Shown piece after piece: positions 9,288 through 18,130 of a DNA stretch of 64,000 bases (position 1 is the stretch's first letter; the number at the start of each line of letters is the position of its first letter). Source of the DNA: Fidelibacterota bacterium (GTDB lineage: Bacteria > Fidelibacterota > JAANXI01). Both the position numbers and the translations under genes were made by a program. The stretch is from NCBI GenBank assembly GCA_021734025.1, contig JAIPJS010000007.1, positions 28,441 through 92,440 on the forward strand. The letters run 5' to 3'. Under the pieces are notes generated by a model that was not told where the DNA came from, made no database searches, and worked only from the letters and a program-made list of their open reading frames with translations.

Positions 9288-10034
9288 ATGCAACGAGTTT
9301 TGTTGGGAATTGTGGTAACACTGGTTATGGTGGCAACGGTGACCGCCCAGCAGCCGGATGCCCGGGAGATTGTCCGGAAAATAGATCGGCTGTACCGGAG
9401 CGAGTCCAGTTATGCGGAGATGGAGATGCATATCGTCACGCCGCACTGGGAACGGACGCTGCGGATGAAAACCTGGACCCAGGGAACGGAGAAGACGTTT
9501 ATCCGGATTACCGCACCGAAAAAGGAAGCGGGTACGGCGACACTACGCATCGGGAACGAGATGTGGAATTTCTTGCCGAACACGAACAAGGTGATGAAAA
9601 TTCCGCCGTCGATGATGATGGGCTCCTGGATGGGATCGGATTTTACCAATGATGACCTGGTGAAGGAGTTTTCGTTGCTGGAAGATTATACCTTCGAACT
9701 TATTGACCCTGAAGATGCGGAAGACGGGTACCTCTACATTCAGGCCGAACCGAAGGACGGTACCCCCATCATCTGGGGCAAACAGATAATCAAAATCCGG
9801 GCGGAAGATTATATCCCGGTTCGGGAGGAATATTACGACGAGGGCGGCACTTTGATGCGGGTGATGAACTTTAAGGATATTACTACTTTCGACGGGAGGC
9901 AAATTCCGGCAGTGATGGAACTAATTCCGCAGGAGGAAGAAGGCAAAAGAACCGAGCTGCGGTATCTGGACGCCGAGTTCAACACCGACATCGATGACAA
10001 TATTTTTACCCTCCGCAACCTGCGCTCCTACTAA
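9288..10034 (+). CDS. LolA-like outer-membrane lipoprotein-sorting / DUF-type periplasmic protein associated with MacB-type ABC exporters
   Basis: Signal peptide MQRVLLGIVVTLVMVATVTAQQ. The motif block RITAPKKEAGTATLRIGNEMWNFLPNTNKVMKIP...GSDFTNDDL is typical of LolA_like proteins (PF17131). Sits in an operon with FtsX permeases. Confidence 0.6.
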   Translation: MQRVLLGIVVTLVMVATVTAQQPDAREIVRKIDRLYRSESSYAEMEMHIVTPHWERTLRMKTWTQGTEKTFIRITAPKKEAGTATLRIGNEMWNFLPNTNKVMKIPPSMMMGSWMGSDFTNDDLVKEFSLLEDYTFELIDPEDAEDGYLYIQAEPKDGTPIIWGKQIIKIRAEDYIPVREEYYDEGGTLMRVMNFKDITTFDGRQIPAVMELIPQEEEGKRTELRYLDAEFNTDIDDNIFTLRNLRSY

Positions 10035-10057
10035 TTGATAGAATACGGATAAATAAT

Positions 10058-10579
10058 GATTAAACACCGAAGTCACTGAAAAAAAATTAAACACTGAGAG
10101 ACACCGAGAAAACCACCGAAAAGCACTGAATATGACTGAATTGCTCTATCAGGATTTAACGAAGAAAATTCGGCAGGCGGCGTACGACGTCCACTCATAT
10201 TTTGGCGCCGGTTTTCTGGAAAAGGTGTACGAAAATGCATTGGTTTACGAGTTGAAAAAGTCGGGAGTATCCTGCATATCTCAGAGAAAGATAGACGTAT
10301 ATTACGAGGACAAAATCGTCGGAGAATATTATGCCGATATTTTAGTCGAGCGCAAAATTATAATCGAATTAAAGACGGTTGCAGATATCCAAAAAATCCA
10401 TTTGGCGCAATTGAAGAACTATTTGAAGGCTACGCAGTTCAAACTGGGATTATTGATCAATTTCGGTAGCAGTAAGTTACAGTTCAAACGAGTGGTCTTA
10501 TGAATCGGGCGGTTTTTACAAAGTTTTATTGTTTGTTTTGTGCTTTTCTCAGTGTTTTCGGTGTATTTCGGTGTTTAAT
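10058..10579. mobile_element. GxxExxY gene cassette flanked by inverted arrays of a degenerate approximately 10-bp repeat (AMCACYGARA). Left array 10058-10126 and right array 10540-10579.
   Basis: Left ATTAAACACCGAA...AACACTGAGA...AAAGCAC matches the reverse complement of the right gtgcttttctcagtgttttcggtgtatttcggtgtttaat. The enclosed gene is visibly AT-richer than its neighbours and interrupts the LolA-like/FtsX operon. Confidence 0.4.
10132..10503 (+). CDS. GxxExxY family protein (PD-(D/E)xK-like, TIGR04256-type)
   Basis: GEYYADILVERKIIIELK plus the overall about-123-aa pattern of the family. Confidence 0.75.
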   Translation: MTELLYQDLTKKIRQAAYDVHSYFGAGFLEKVYENALVYELKKSGVSCISQRKIDVYYEDKIVGEYYADILVERKIIIELKTVADIQKIHLAQLKNYLKATQFKLGLLINFGSSKLQFKRVVL

Positions 10580-10596
10580 ATGAGGGTACTCTAAAC

Positions 10597-11808
10597 ATGT
10601 TTAAAATTGCCTTCAGAAATATTTTCCGGCAGAAGCGCCGCACGATTCTGACCATGTTGACCATGTTCGGTGGTTTTGTGCTGTCGGCGTTTTCTATCGG
10701 ATATGCCGACGGGACCTATTCCTATATCATCGATCTGTTTACCCGGAATCAGATGGGACACGTCCAGATTCATCAGGGCAATTACCTGGACCGGCCTTCC
10801 CTGTATAAAACCATCGAAGATTACGTAAACGTAGGCGATACTGTTCAGGCCGTTGATCGGGTGCAGGAATGGGCGCCGCGACTCTATTCCTCGGGGCTGG
10901 CGTCAGTCGGAGATAAAACCGCCGGTGTACGCGCGATCGGCGTTGATCCGCAGCTGGAGCATGCGGCCACGGATTTCCGGGATAAGGTCAAACAGGGGCG
11001 CTACCTCTCGGACGAACCCTCCCACGAGGTGATGTTGGGTACAGGTCTCGCGGATATACTAAACGCTGAAGTCGGCGATACCACAGTCATCGTATCCCAG
11101 GGAGCTGACGGTTCCATCGCCAACGATCTGTACCACGTTGTGGGCATTGTCGACCGGGGCGACCAGATGGAAAATCGGACGGGCTATTTTCTCCATTTGA
11201 AGGATGCGCAGGAGCTGTTTGTCCTGCCGAACCAGGTACATGAGATCATCGTAGTCGCCAACAGTATCCATGGCGTCCGGGAGATAGCCAGAACCATCGA
11301 CGGCGCACTCAACAACGAAAACCTGCAGGTCAAACCGTGGATGGAGATCGCCAGAACCTTTTATAAAACCATGATGGCCGACCAGCAGGGGATGTGGATT
11401 ATGCTCTTCGTTATCATCCTCATCGTGGCCATTGGTGTATTGAATACGGTACTGATGTCCGTACTGGAACGGACCCGTGAGTACGGCGTGCTAAAAGCCA
11501 TGGGCACCCGGCCCAATGAGGTATTCAGAATGGTCCTGTACGAAGTGTCCATAATGGCCGTGTTTAGTGTGATACTCGGCGCATTGCTGGCTATAGGACT
11601 GAACTCCTATTTCTCCATTCACGGCATCCCGCTGCCCACGCCGCTGGACTGGGGTGGCATCCAGATCAATTGGATGTATACGGAGAACAGTCTGCGAAGT
11701 ATTACGCTACCGACAATCACCGTGATCATCACTGCGCTGATCGTCAGCGTTTTTCCCGCAATTAAGGCGGCGAGAATTGCACCGGCGCAAGCCATGAGAA
11801 TGCACTAG
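10597..11808 (+). CDS. ABC transporter permease, FtsX/MacB-like
   Basis: N-terminal FRNIFRQKRRTILTMLTM, a large periplasmic loop, and C-terminal FtsX helices. Confidence 0.85.
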   Translation: MFKIAFRNIFRQKRRTILTMLTMFGGFVLSAFSIGYADGTYSYIIDLFTRNQMGHVQIHQGNYLDRPSLYKTIEDYVNVGDTVQAVDRVQEWAPRLYSSGLASVGDKTAGVRAIGVDPQLEHAATDFRDKVKQGRYLSDEPSHEVMLGTGLADILNAEVGDTTVIVSQGADGSIANDLYHVVGIVDRGDQMENRTGYFLHLKDAQELFVLPNQVHEIIVVANSIHGVREIARTIDGALNNENLQVKPWMEIARTFYKTMMADQQGMWIMLFVIILIVAIGVLNTVLMSVLERTREYGVLKAMGTRPNEVFRMVLYEVSIMAVFSVILGALLAIGLNSYFSIHGIPLPTPLDWGGIQINWMYTENSLRSITLPTITVIITALIVSVFPAIKAARIAPAQAMRMH

Positions 11809-11818
11809 GGAATCGGAT

Positions 11819-13045
11819 ATGGGCATATTTATCAAACTGGCGTGGCGTAATCTCTTTCGGAATAGTCGCCGGACCATCCTGGCGAGTCTGGCCATCGGGG
11901 TGGGACTGGCGGCGCTAATCTTCACCGATGCGCTGGTCAAAGGCATGGAAGACAATATGATCCAGTCCGCCACTGCATCGTTTCTCGGCGAGGGACAAAT
12001 CCACCGGGAAGGCTACCGCAAAACCCAGGAAGTGGAAATGACCATCGCCAACCTGGACACGGTCATCCGGCAGCTGGACAATTCGGATATCGTGGCAGAA
12101 TACACCAGGCGAATGATGTCTTTCGGTATGGCGACCTCGCCGTCCAATGTGCAGGCTGTCAACATTGTGGGGGTGGATCCTGCGCAGGAACAGCCCCTCT
12201 CACAAATTGATGAAGCTGTTGTGGAGGGTAATTATTTTATAGGAAATAATTCCAGAGATATCCTGATCGGTAAAGAGCTGGCGGAAATTCTGAAGGTTGA
12301 GCTGGGCAAGCGCCTGGTGGTAACCCTGGCGGAGGCGGAAACCGGTGACCTGGTCCAGGAGATGTTTCGCATTTCCGGGATCTTCCGGTTCGGCATCGAT
12401 GAAATGGACCGTGGGATGGCGTTTATCCGTCTGCCCAAGGCGCAATCAATGTTGGGACTCCAGGGTGAAGCACACGAAATTGCTATTAAATTTTCGCAGC
12501 AGGGTATCGGGCAGGATCAGGATAATCCGTTCTGGAGGCAGTTCTCGAAATACGGCAACGAAGCCCTTGGATGGATCGAACTGCAGCCGCAACTGGCATC
12601 CATGATGGAATATTCCCGGTTCAGTACGTTCTTCGTTGGAATAATCCTGTTCGGCGTGGTGGTGCTCGGCATCATCAATACGCTGTTTATGTCGCTCCAT
12701 GAACGGATGTTTGAGTTTGGCGTTCTCAGGGCTGTTGGCACCAAACCGGTCGAAATGGGAAAACTTATCGTGTACGAGGCGGCGGCGCTCTCGGTGGTAA
12801 GTATTATAGTCGGTATAGTACTTGGTTATCTTATTACGTGGATTACCATGGTAAACGGCATCGACTATACCGGAATCCAGTTTGCCGGCGTCACCTTCCG
12901 GAAGATGCTCTATCCGGTGATGACTTGGCGCCAGTTCGTGGAATACCCGGTTTACGTATTCCTGTTCACGTCAATAACCGGACTCTATCCGGCTTGGTAT
13001 GCTGCCCGGATGCAGCCGGCGGAGGCGATGCGGAAAAGCTTCTGA
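11819..13045 (+). CDS. ABC transporter permease, FtsX/MacB-like (second copy)
   Basis: WRNLFRNSRRTILASLAIGVG. Same architecture as the first copy. Confidence 0.85.
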   Translation: MGIFIKLAWRNLFRNSRRTILASLAIGVGLAALIFTDALVKGMEDNMIQSATASFLGEGQIHREGYRKTQEVEMTIANLDTVIRQLDNSDIVAEYTRRMMSFGMATSPSNVQAVNIVGVDPAQEQPLSQIDEAVVEGNYFIGNNSRDILIGKELAEILKVELGKRLVVTLAEAETGDLVQEMFRISGIFRFGIDEMDRGMAFIRLPKAQSMLGLQGEAHEIAIKFSQQGIGQDQDNPFWRQFSKYGNEALGWIELQPQLASMMEYSRFSTFFVGIILFGVVVLGIINTLFMSLHERMFEFGVLRAVGTKPVEMGKLIVYEAAALSVVSIIVGIVLGYLITWITMVNGIDYTGIQFAGVTFRKMLYPVMTWRQFVEYPVYVFLFTSITGLYPAWYAARMQPAEAMRKSF

Positions 13046-13357
13046 AAAACGGGTATAAGGGTATATGGTATAGGATTATGTCGATTCCTAATCCTAATCT
13101 TAATCATAATCTTACTCTTAATCAGAATTGTTTAAGAGGGAAAGGCAGTATGTAGAAGGGGAAACTTGTTTGTTGTTTGTAGTCGGTTGTTGGTTGTAGG
13201 AAAAAATAGCAGTGCTTTGAAAGGAAATTGAATGCTTATTAATGATTTGCCTCAAAACAACTAACAACTAACAAAAAGCGGCTGAAGCCGCGACTACCAA
13301 CACTAAAACTATAACAACCCTTGAGCACTTTGACACTAAGTAAAGGATGTAAGGCTC
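13046..13357. repeat. Mosaic intergenic repeat element, copy C, inserted between the permease and ATPase genes. Contains GGTATAAGG words, TAATCCTAATCTTAATCATAATCTTACTCTTA, GGTTGTTGGTTG words, CAACTAACAACTAACAA, hairpin gcggcTGAAgccgc + GACTACCAAC, and CTATAACAA words.
   Basis: Same module order as copies A and B. Confidence 0.55.
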
Positions 13358-14062
13358 ATGACCTCATCACAAACCGACAACGTCATCGTCACAGATGGCG
13401 TGGAGAAGACCTACGAAGATAACGGCGTGGCTGTTCACGCTGTACGGGGGATCGATCTGACTATAAAAAAGGGCGAATTCACCGCCATCGTCGGTCCATC
13501 CGGTTCCGGGAAGACCACTTTTTTGAATGTCGTCTCCGGTCTGGATACCGCTTCGAAGGGCAAAATCTGGCTGGACGGGAATCTGGTTTCAGAGATGAGC
13601 GGGAAAGAGCTCTCCGACTTCCGCCGGGATCACATCGGGTTTATCTTCCAGGCGTACAATCTGATTCCGGTCCTCTCTGTGGAGGAGAACGTCGAGTATA
13701 TCATGTTGCTTCAGGGCGTGCCCAAGGAGAAACGCCATCACCGGGTCCTGGATATCCTCGGCCAGGTCGGGCTGTCCGGCTTCGAAGATCGACTCCCCAC
13801 AAAACTCTCCGGTGGACAGCAACAGCGCGTGGCAGTAGCCCGGGCGATGGTGGCGCAGCCCTCCATGATTCTCGCTGACGAGCCGACCGCCAACCTGGAT
13901 AGCGAGACAGGCTCCGAACTGCTGGACATGATGCGTGACCTGAACGAACAGACCGGCATGACCTTCGTCTTTTCAACCCACGACGAACTCATTATGGAGC
14001 GGGCCCGGCGGCTGGTCAGGCTCAAGGATGGCCAGGTGGACAGTGATGAAGTCCGGAGTTAA
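13358..14062 (+). CDS. ABC transporter ATP-binding protein (MacB/LolD-like)
   Basis: Walker A GPSGSGKTT. Signature LSGGQQQRVAVARA. Walker B ILADEPT. Confidence 0.9.
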   Translation: MTSSQTDNVIVTDGVEKTYEDNGVAVHAVRGIDLTIKKGEFTAIVGPSGSGKTTFLNVVSGLDTASKGKIWLDGNLVSEMSGKELSDFRRDHIGFIFQAYNLIPVLSVEENVEYIMLLQGVPKEKRHHRVLDILGQVGLSGFEDRLPTKLSGGQQQRVAVARAMVAQPSMILADEPTANLDSETGSELLDMMRDLNEQTGMTFVFSTHDELIMERARRLVRLKDGQVDSDEVRS

Positions 14063-14066
14063 AACT

Positions 14067-15320
14067 ATGATGCGCAGACCGCTCCTTCTGCTGCTAACAA
14101 TTCTTTTCCCAGCGATGGGAGGAGCTGTCGATGGCCTGGAGTTCAGCGGATACTATAAAAATTTTTTCGTGATTTTCAATCCGCCTGAGTACTACAGTGC
14201 TCCACCAGGGGTTCCGGAGCAAAAAGTCCGGGGCATGGTGACCAACCGGGTACGGTTGAAATTGTCGTATCAGTTCACCGACGGTGTCGGATTTCATGGC
14301 GCGTACAATTTCGTCCCCCGGGTTCAGGATCCGGGACTCTTCAATCAGTCAATGTTACTCTCCTCTAACGTGAATCCGGAACAGTATCGCGCGTTCGATT
14401 TGAACCGGAAGGTCTATCCGCACCGGGGGCAATCGCAAAGCGTCGGCCTGTATCAGAACCTGGATCGGGTATTCGTGAGCGTCGCGCTGGAGAACGCCGA
14501 CGTCTACATCGGACGCCAGGCCATTGCCTGGGGCAGCGCACGGGTGATTAATCCCACCGATATTATTGCACCGTTTACCTACGAGGAATTAGACACCGAG
14601 GAACGCACTGGTGTGGATGCCATCCGGGTTCGGATTCCCATCGGGTTCATGGGAGAATTTGACTTCGGGTATGTTGCCGGCGAAGATTTTGCCTTCGACG
14701 AAAGTGCCCTGTTTGCCAGGACGAAATTTTATGCCATGGAGACTGATGTCTCTCTGCTCCTGCTGGAGTTTCAGGAACATCTCCTGCTCGGCACGGATTT
14801 CGCCAGATCGCTGGGCGATGCCGGTTTCTGGTTAGAAGCGGCGTATGTGCTGAACAGCCCTTTCGATGATCTCACCTTTCAGAATGTGGATAACTATTTT
14901 CGCGGTTCCATGGGATTGGATTACAGCTTTACCGGGAAATCCTACGGCTTTATCGAATACCATTACAGCGAAGCCGGTATTAACGCTGAGCAGAATTACC
15001 TGGATCTCTTCTCAACTCCTGCGTATCGGGATGGCGCAGTTTATCTCCTGGGGAAAAGTTATATAGCGCCGGGTTTCACCTATCAATACACACCACTTAT
15101 CTCACTAACGGGCCAGGCACTGTACAACACCGGTGATCGCTCTGTTTTTCTGGCACCATCTCTGGAATATAATATTTCACAGAATGTCTACCTCGGCGCC
15201 GGCGCCTTCTTTGGCCTTGGTCGCCGACCTGAAATTTCCACAGAACGCATACCTCTTCTCCGCTCCGAATTCGGCGCCTACCCGGATATGTATTATACGT
15301 CGTTTCGGGTGTATTTCTGA
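14067..15320 (+). CDS. Outer-membrane beta-barrel protein (likely OM component of the ABC exporter; C-terminal F)
   Basis: Signal peptide MMRRPLLLLLTILFPAMGGAVDG. Alternating amphipathic strands. Terminal ...FRVYF. Confidence 0.5.
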   Translation: MMRRPLLLLLTILFPAMGGAVDGLEFSGYYKNFFVIFNPPEYYSAPPGVPEQKVRGMVTNRVRLKLSYQFTDGVGFHGAYNFVPRVQDPGLFNQSMLLSSNVNPEQYRAFDLNRKVYPHRGQSQSVGLYQNLDRVFVSVALENADVYIGRQAIAWGSARVINPTDIIAPFTYEELDTEERTGVDAIRVRIPIGFMGEFDFGYVAGEDFAFDESALFARTKFYAMETDVSLLLLEFQEHLLLGTDFARSLGDAGFWLEAAYVLNSPFDDLTFQNVDNYFRGSMGLDYSFTGKSYGFIEYHYSEAGINAEQNYLDLFSTPAYRDGAVYLLGKSYIAPGFTYQYTPLISLTGQALYNTGDRSVFLAPSLEYNISQNVYLGAGAFFGLGRRPEISTERIPLLRSEFGAYPDMYYTSFRVYF

Positions 15321-15529
15321 CTTCAGTGCTAGAGTGTTCAAGTGTTTTGGTGTTCGAGTTATTTCTTGATCTTACCCGTAATTTTAACTCTGTGGTCATC
15401 CGTTGTTTCTGCGTTCACCGACTTGTCGGGGACTGCGTGCTATTTTGCCGTTTTCACCTTGCCATTTTCCCGGATTTTCCCTATTTCTGTTTCCTGAATT
15501 TTCCACGCATTTAACAACTGAGAGAGACT
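15321..15529. repeat. Intergenic word-repeat spacer: GTGCTAGA-GTGTTCAA-GTGTTTTG-GTGTTCGA array, conserved motif CTGCGTTCA...TGTCGGGGACTGCGTGCTATTTT, and ATTTTCC word array
   Basis: Shares the GTGTTNAA octamer family with 37633-37769. The 23-nt motif recurs at 25174-25196. Confidence 0.4.
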
Positions 15530-18127
15530 ATGGCCTGCAATTATTCCAAGTACGATCAGCACCTAGAGCAAATGCTGTCGGAGATGCTAAATGACCAAAA
15601 TAGCTCCGGGCGGCAGCCCTTCGAACTGCCCGGGACACCAAGGCAGTATGCGCCGGACCGGGAGGTGGATGTTACCCACATTAAACTCACTCTGTCCTTT
15701 GAAATCAACAACCAAATCATGTTCGGCGAATGCGAAACACAATTTACCGCCATCCGGGACGATTTGTCGCGGTTAACGCTCGACGCGGCGGAAATGGAAA
15801 TCCGGTCGGTCCGCGATTCCGCCGGAACATCTCTGGAATTTGAGCACACCGGATCCAAACTTATTATTAATCTGCCAGAGAAGTTAGAGGCCGGAGGCGA
15901 GTCCACAGTTCTCGTCGAATACAAAGTGGTTGAACCCCGGCTGGGACTCTATTTCGTCCTCCCGGATGATGATTATCCGGACAAGCCGGTGCAGGTCTGG
16001 ACCCAGGGTCAGGATGAAGACTCCAAGTACTGGTTCCCGTGCTTCGATTATCCCAATGAAAAGGCCTCCAGCGAAATCATTGTCACCGTGGACGAAAAAT
16101 ATTTCGCGCTCTCCAACGGAAAACTCCTGGAGACGACTCATAATAAGGAATCCGGCGAGAAAACCTATCACTGGAAGCAGGAAATTCCTCACGTGTCATA
16201 CCTCATCAGTCTGGTGGTGGGCGAGTACGTGGAACACACCGATTATTACGAGGATATTCCTGTTTCTTATTATGTGGCACCCGGCATGGAAGAAGAGGGT
16301 GCACGCTCGTTCGGGAAGACGCCGGATATGGTCAAATTTTTCTCGGAGAAGCTGAATTTTAAATATCCGTACGAAAAATATGCCCAGATCGCTGTGGAAG
16401 ACTTTGTTTTCGGCGGGATGGAAAACACCACGGCGACCACCCAGACCGCGCTGACGCTCCATGACGAGCGGGCACACCTGGATTTTGAGAGTGAGCCGCT
16501 TGTAGCGCACGAACTGGCGCATCAGTGGTTCGGCGACCTGCTCACCTGTAAAGAATGGAACCATGCCTGGCTAAATGAGGGTTTTGCTACCTATTTCGAG
16601 GCGCTCTATCGAGAGCACGATAAGGGCGATGATGAGTTTCGGTACGCCCTGCATGAGAACGCCACCCGGTATTTTGGTGAGGATTCCAAAAAATATCGCC
16701 GGCCAATTGTGGTTGATAAATACCGGGAACCCATCGATGTGTTTGATCGGCATCTCTATGAAAAAGGTTCGCTGGTGCTTCACATGCTTCGATGCGAACT
16801 GGGTGACGAGACCTTTTGGGATGTAATGCACCATTACGTTACAAAGCACCAACAGCAGAATGTGGAGACCATTGATCTCATCCGGGCGATTGAGGATGTA
16901 ACCGGCCGTAATATGAAGAAATTTTTCGACCAGTGGGTATTCGGCGCCGGCTATCCTGAGCTGGAGGTGAATTACACCTGGAATCCGGATGAAAATGGCG
17001 ATTCGGGGACGGCAAAGGTCATTGTGAAACAGACACATGAAATCGAGGATGACACCCCGCTATTCGACTTTCCGGTGGAGATACGGTTTGTGCTGCCAAA
17101 GGATGAAGTCTCCGAGTCTCTCAGGATCAATGAAAAAGAACAGGTTTTCTATTTTAATCTTGAGCAGAAGCCGGAGCAGTTTCTGTTCGATCCGGAGTAC
17201 TGGATACTTAAGCAGACAAAACTCCAGGTGCCGCAGGAACTGCTGCTTTCCCAGTTGATGAACGCCACCGATGTAATGGCCCGGATAGATGCAGCGCAGG
17301 CGTTGAAAAAGGATCCGTCGGCAAAGGTCGTGGATGCGTTGGGGAAGGCATTGCAGGAGGAAGAATTTTGGGGGGTGCAGGCGGAAATCGCCAAGGTTCT
17401 GGGAGGAGTAAAAACGACCAGAGCACGAGACCATCTCATCTCCGCCTTAGATCTCGAGCACCCTAAGACCCGTCGGGCGGTAGTTCAGGCGCTGGGGAAT
17501 TACCATGATGCAGAGACGGCAGAGGCCTTGAGTCCGCTGGCGAAATCCGATCCCAGTTATTTCGTCGAATCGTCGGCCAATACATCACTGGGAAAAACCA
17601 GAGCGGATGGCGTGTATGAAATACTGAAGTCATCCCTTGGAAAAGAATCTTTTAATGAAGTTATTCGCTCCGGCGTCTTCAATGGGTTCGCCGAACTCAA
17701 AAATGATGAGGCGATCGGCGAATTAGTATCCTTCACTCAGCGAGGTAAATCTCCACTCGCCCGCGCAGCCGCTGCAGTTACTCTGGGAAAAATGGGCGAG
17801 GACGACGACACGGCAAAGCGGCGCCTGTTGGACCTGTTGACACCCGAAGAGCACTTCAGGGTGAAAATGAGTGTCCTGGCTGGATTACAGCATTTAAGTG
17901 ATCTTGGAACCGTAACCAAACTGAAGGATTACGCCGAACAGGAGGGTAACGGGATGCTGAAGCGGACGGCATTGTTAGCCGCCCGGACCATTCAAAAGGG
18001 CCAACAACAGAGCAAAGCCGTTAAGGAGCTTCAGGATGAGGTGGAGAAATTGCGGACGGAACGGATGTCACTGGTTGATCGGCTGGAAAAAATTGAATCA
18101 CAATTAAACAATGAAAAGGAGAAATAG
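15530..18127 (+). CDS. pepN: M1-family aminopeptidase N with C-terminal HEAT-repeat region and coiled coil
   Basis: GGMEN (FGGMENTTATT). HELAHQWFGD zinc motif with a downstream E (NEGFATY). The C-terminus has repeated ...ALG...A..AL.. HEAT-like units. Confidence 0.85.
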   Translation: MACNYSKYDQHLEQMLSEMLNDQNSSGRQPFELPGTPRQYAPDREVDVTHIKLTLSFEINNQIMFGECETQFTAIRDDLSRLTLDAAEMEIRSVRDSAGTSLEFEHTGSKLIINLPEKLEAGGESTVLVEYKVVEPRLGLYFVLPDDDYPDKPVQVWTQGQDEDSKYWFPCFDYPNEKASSEIIVTVDEKYFALSNGKLLETTHNKESGEKTYHWKQEIPHVSYLISLVVGEYVEHTDYYEDIPVSYYVAPGMEEEGARSFGKTPDMVKFFSEKLNFKYPYEKYAQIAVEDFVFGGMENTTATTQTALTLHDERAHLDFESEPLVAHELAHQWFGDLLTCKEWNHAWLNEGFATYFEALYREHDKGDDEFRYALHENATRYFGEDSKKYRRPIVVDKYREPIDVFDRHLYEKGSLVLHMLRCELGDETFWDVMHHYVTKHQQQNVETIDLIRAIEDVTGRNMKKFFDQWVFGAGYPELEVNYTWNPDENGDSGTAKVIVKQTHEIEDDTPLFDFPVEIRFVLPKDEVSESLRINEKEQVFYFNLEQKPEQFLFDPEYWILKQTKLQVPQELLLSQLMNATDVMARIDAAQALKKDPSAKVVDALGKALQEEEFWGVQAEIAKVLGGVKTTRARDHLISALDLEHPKTRRAVVQALGNYHDAETAEALSPLAKSDPSYFVESSANTSLGKTRADGVYEILKSSLGKESFNEVIRSGVFNGFAELKNDEAIGELVSFTQRGKSPLARAAAAVTLGKMGEDDDTAKRRLLDLLTPEEHFRVKMSVLAGLQHLSDLGTVTKLKDYAEQEGNGMLKRTALLAARTIQKGQQQSKAVKELQDEVEKLRTERMSLVDRLEKIESQLNNEKEK

Positions 18128-18130
18128 TTT

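Noticed and set aside
13701-14025. Arg/Ser-rich - strand ORFs
   Set aside because: They lie inside the ABC ATPase gene, which has Walker A/B and signature motifs on the + strand.
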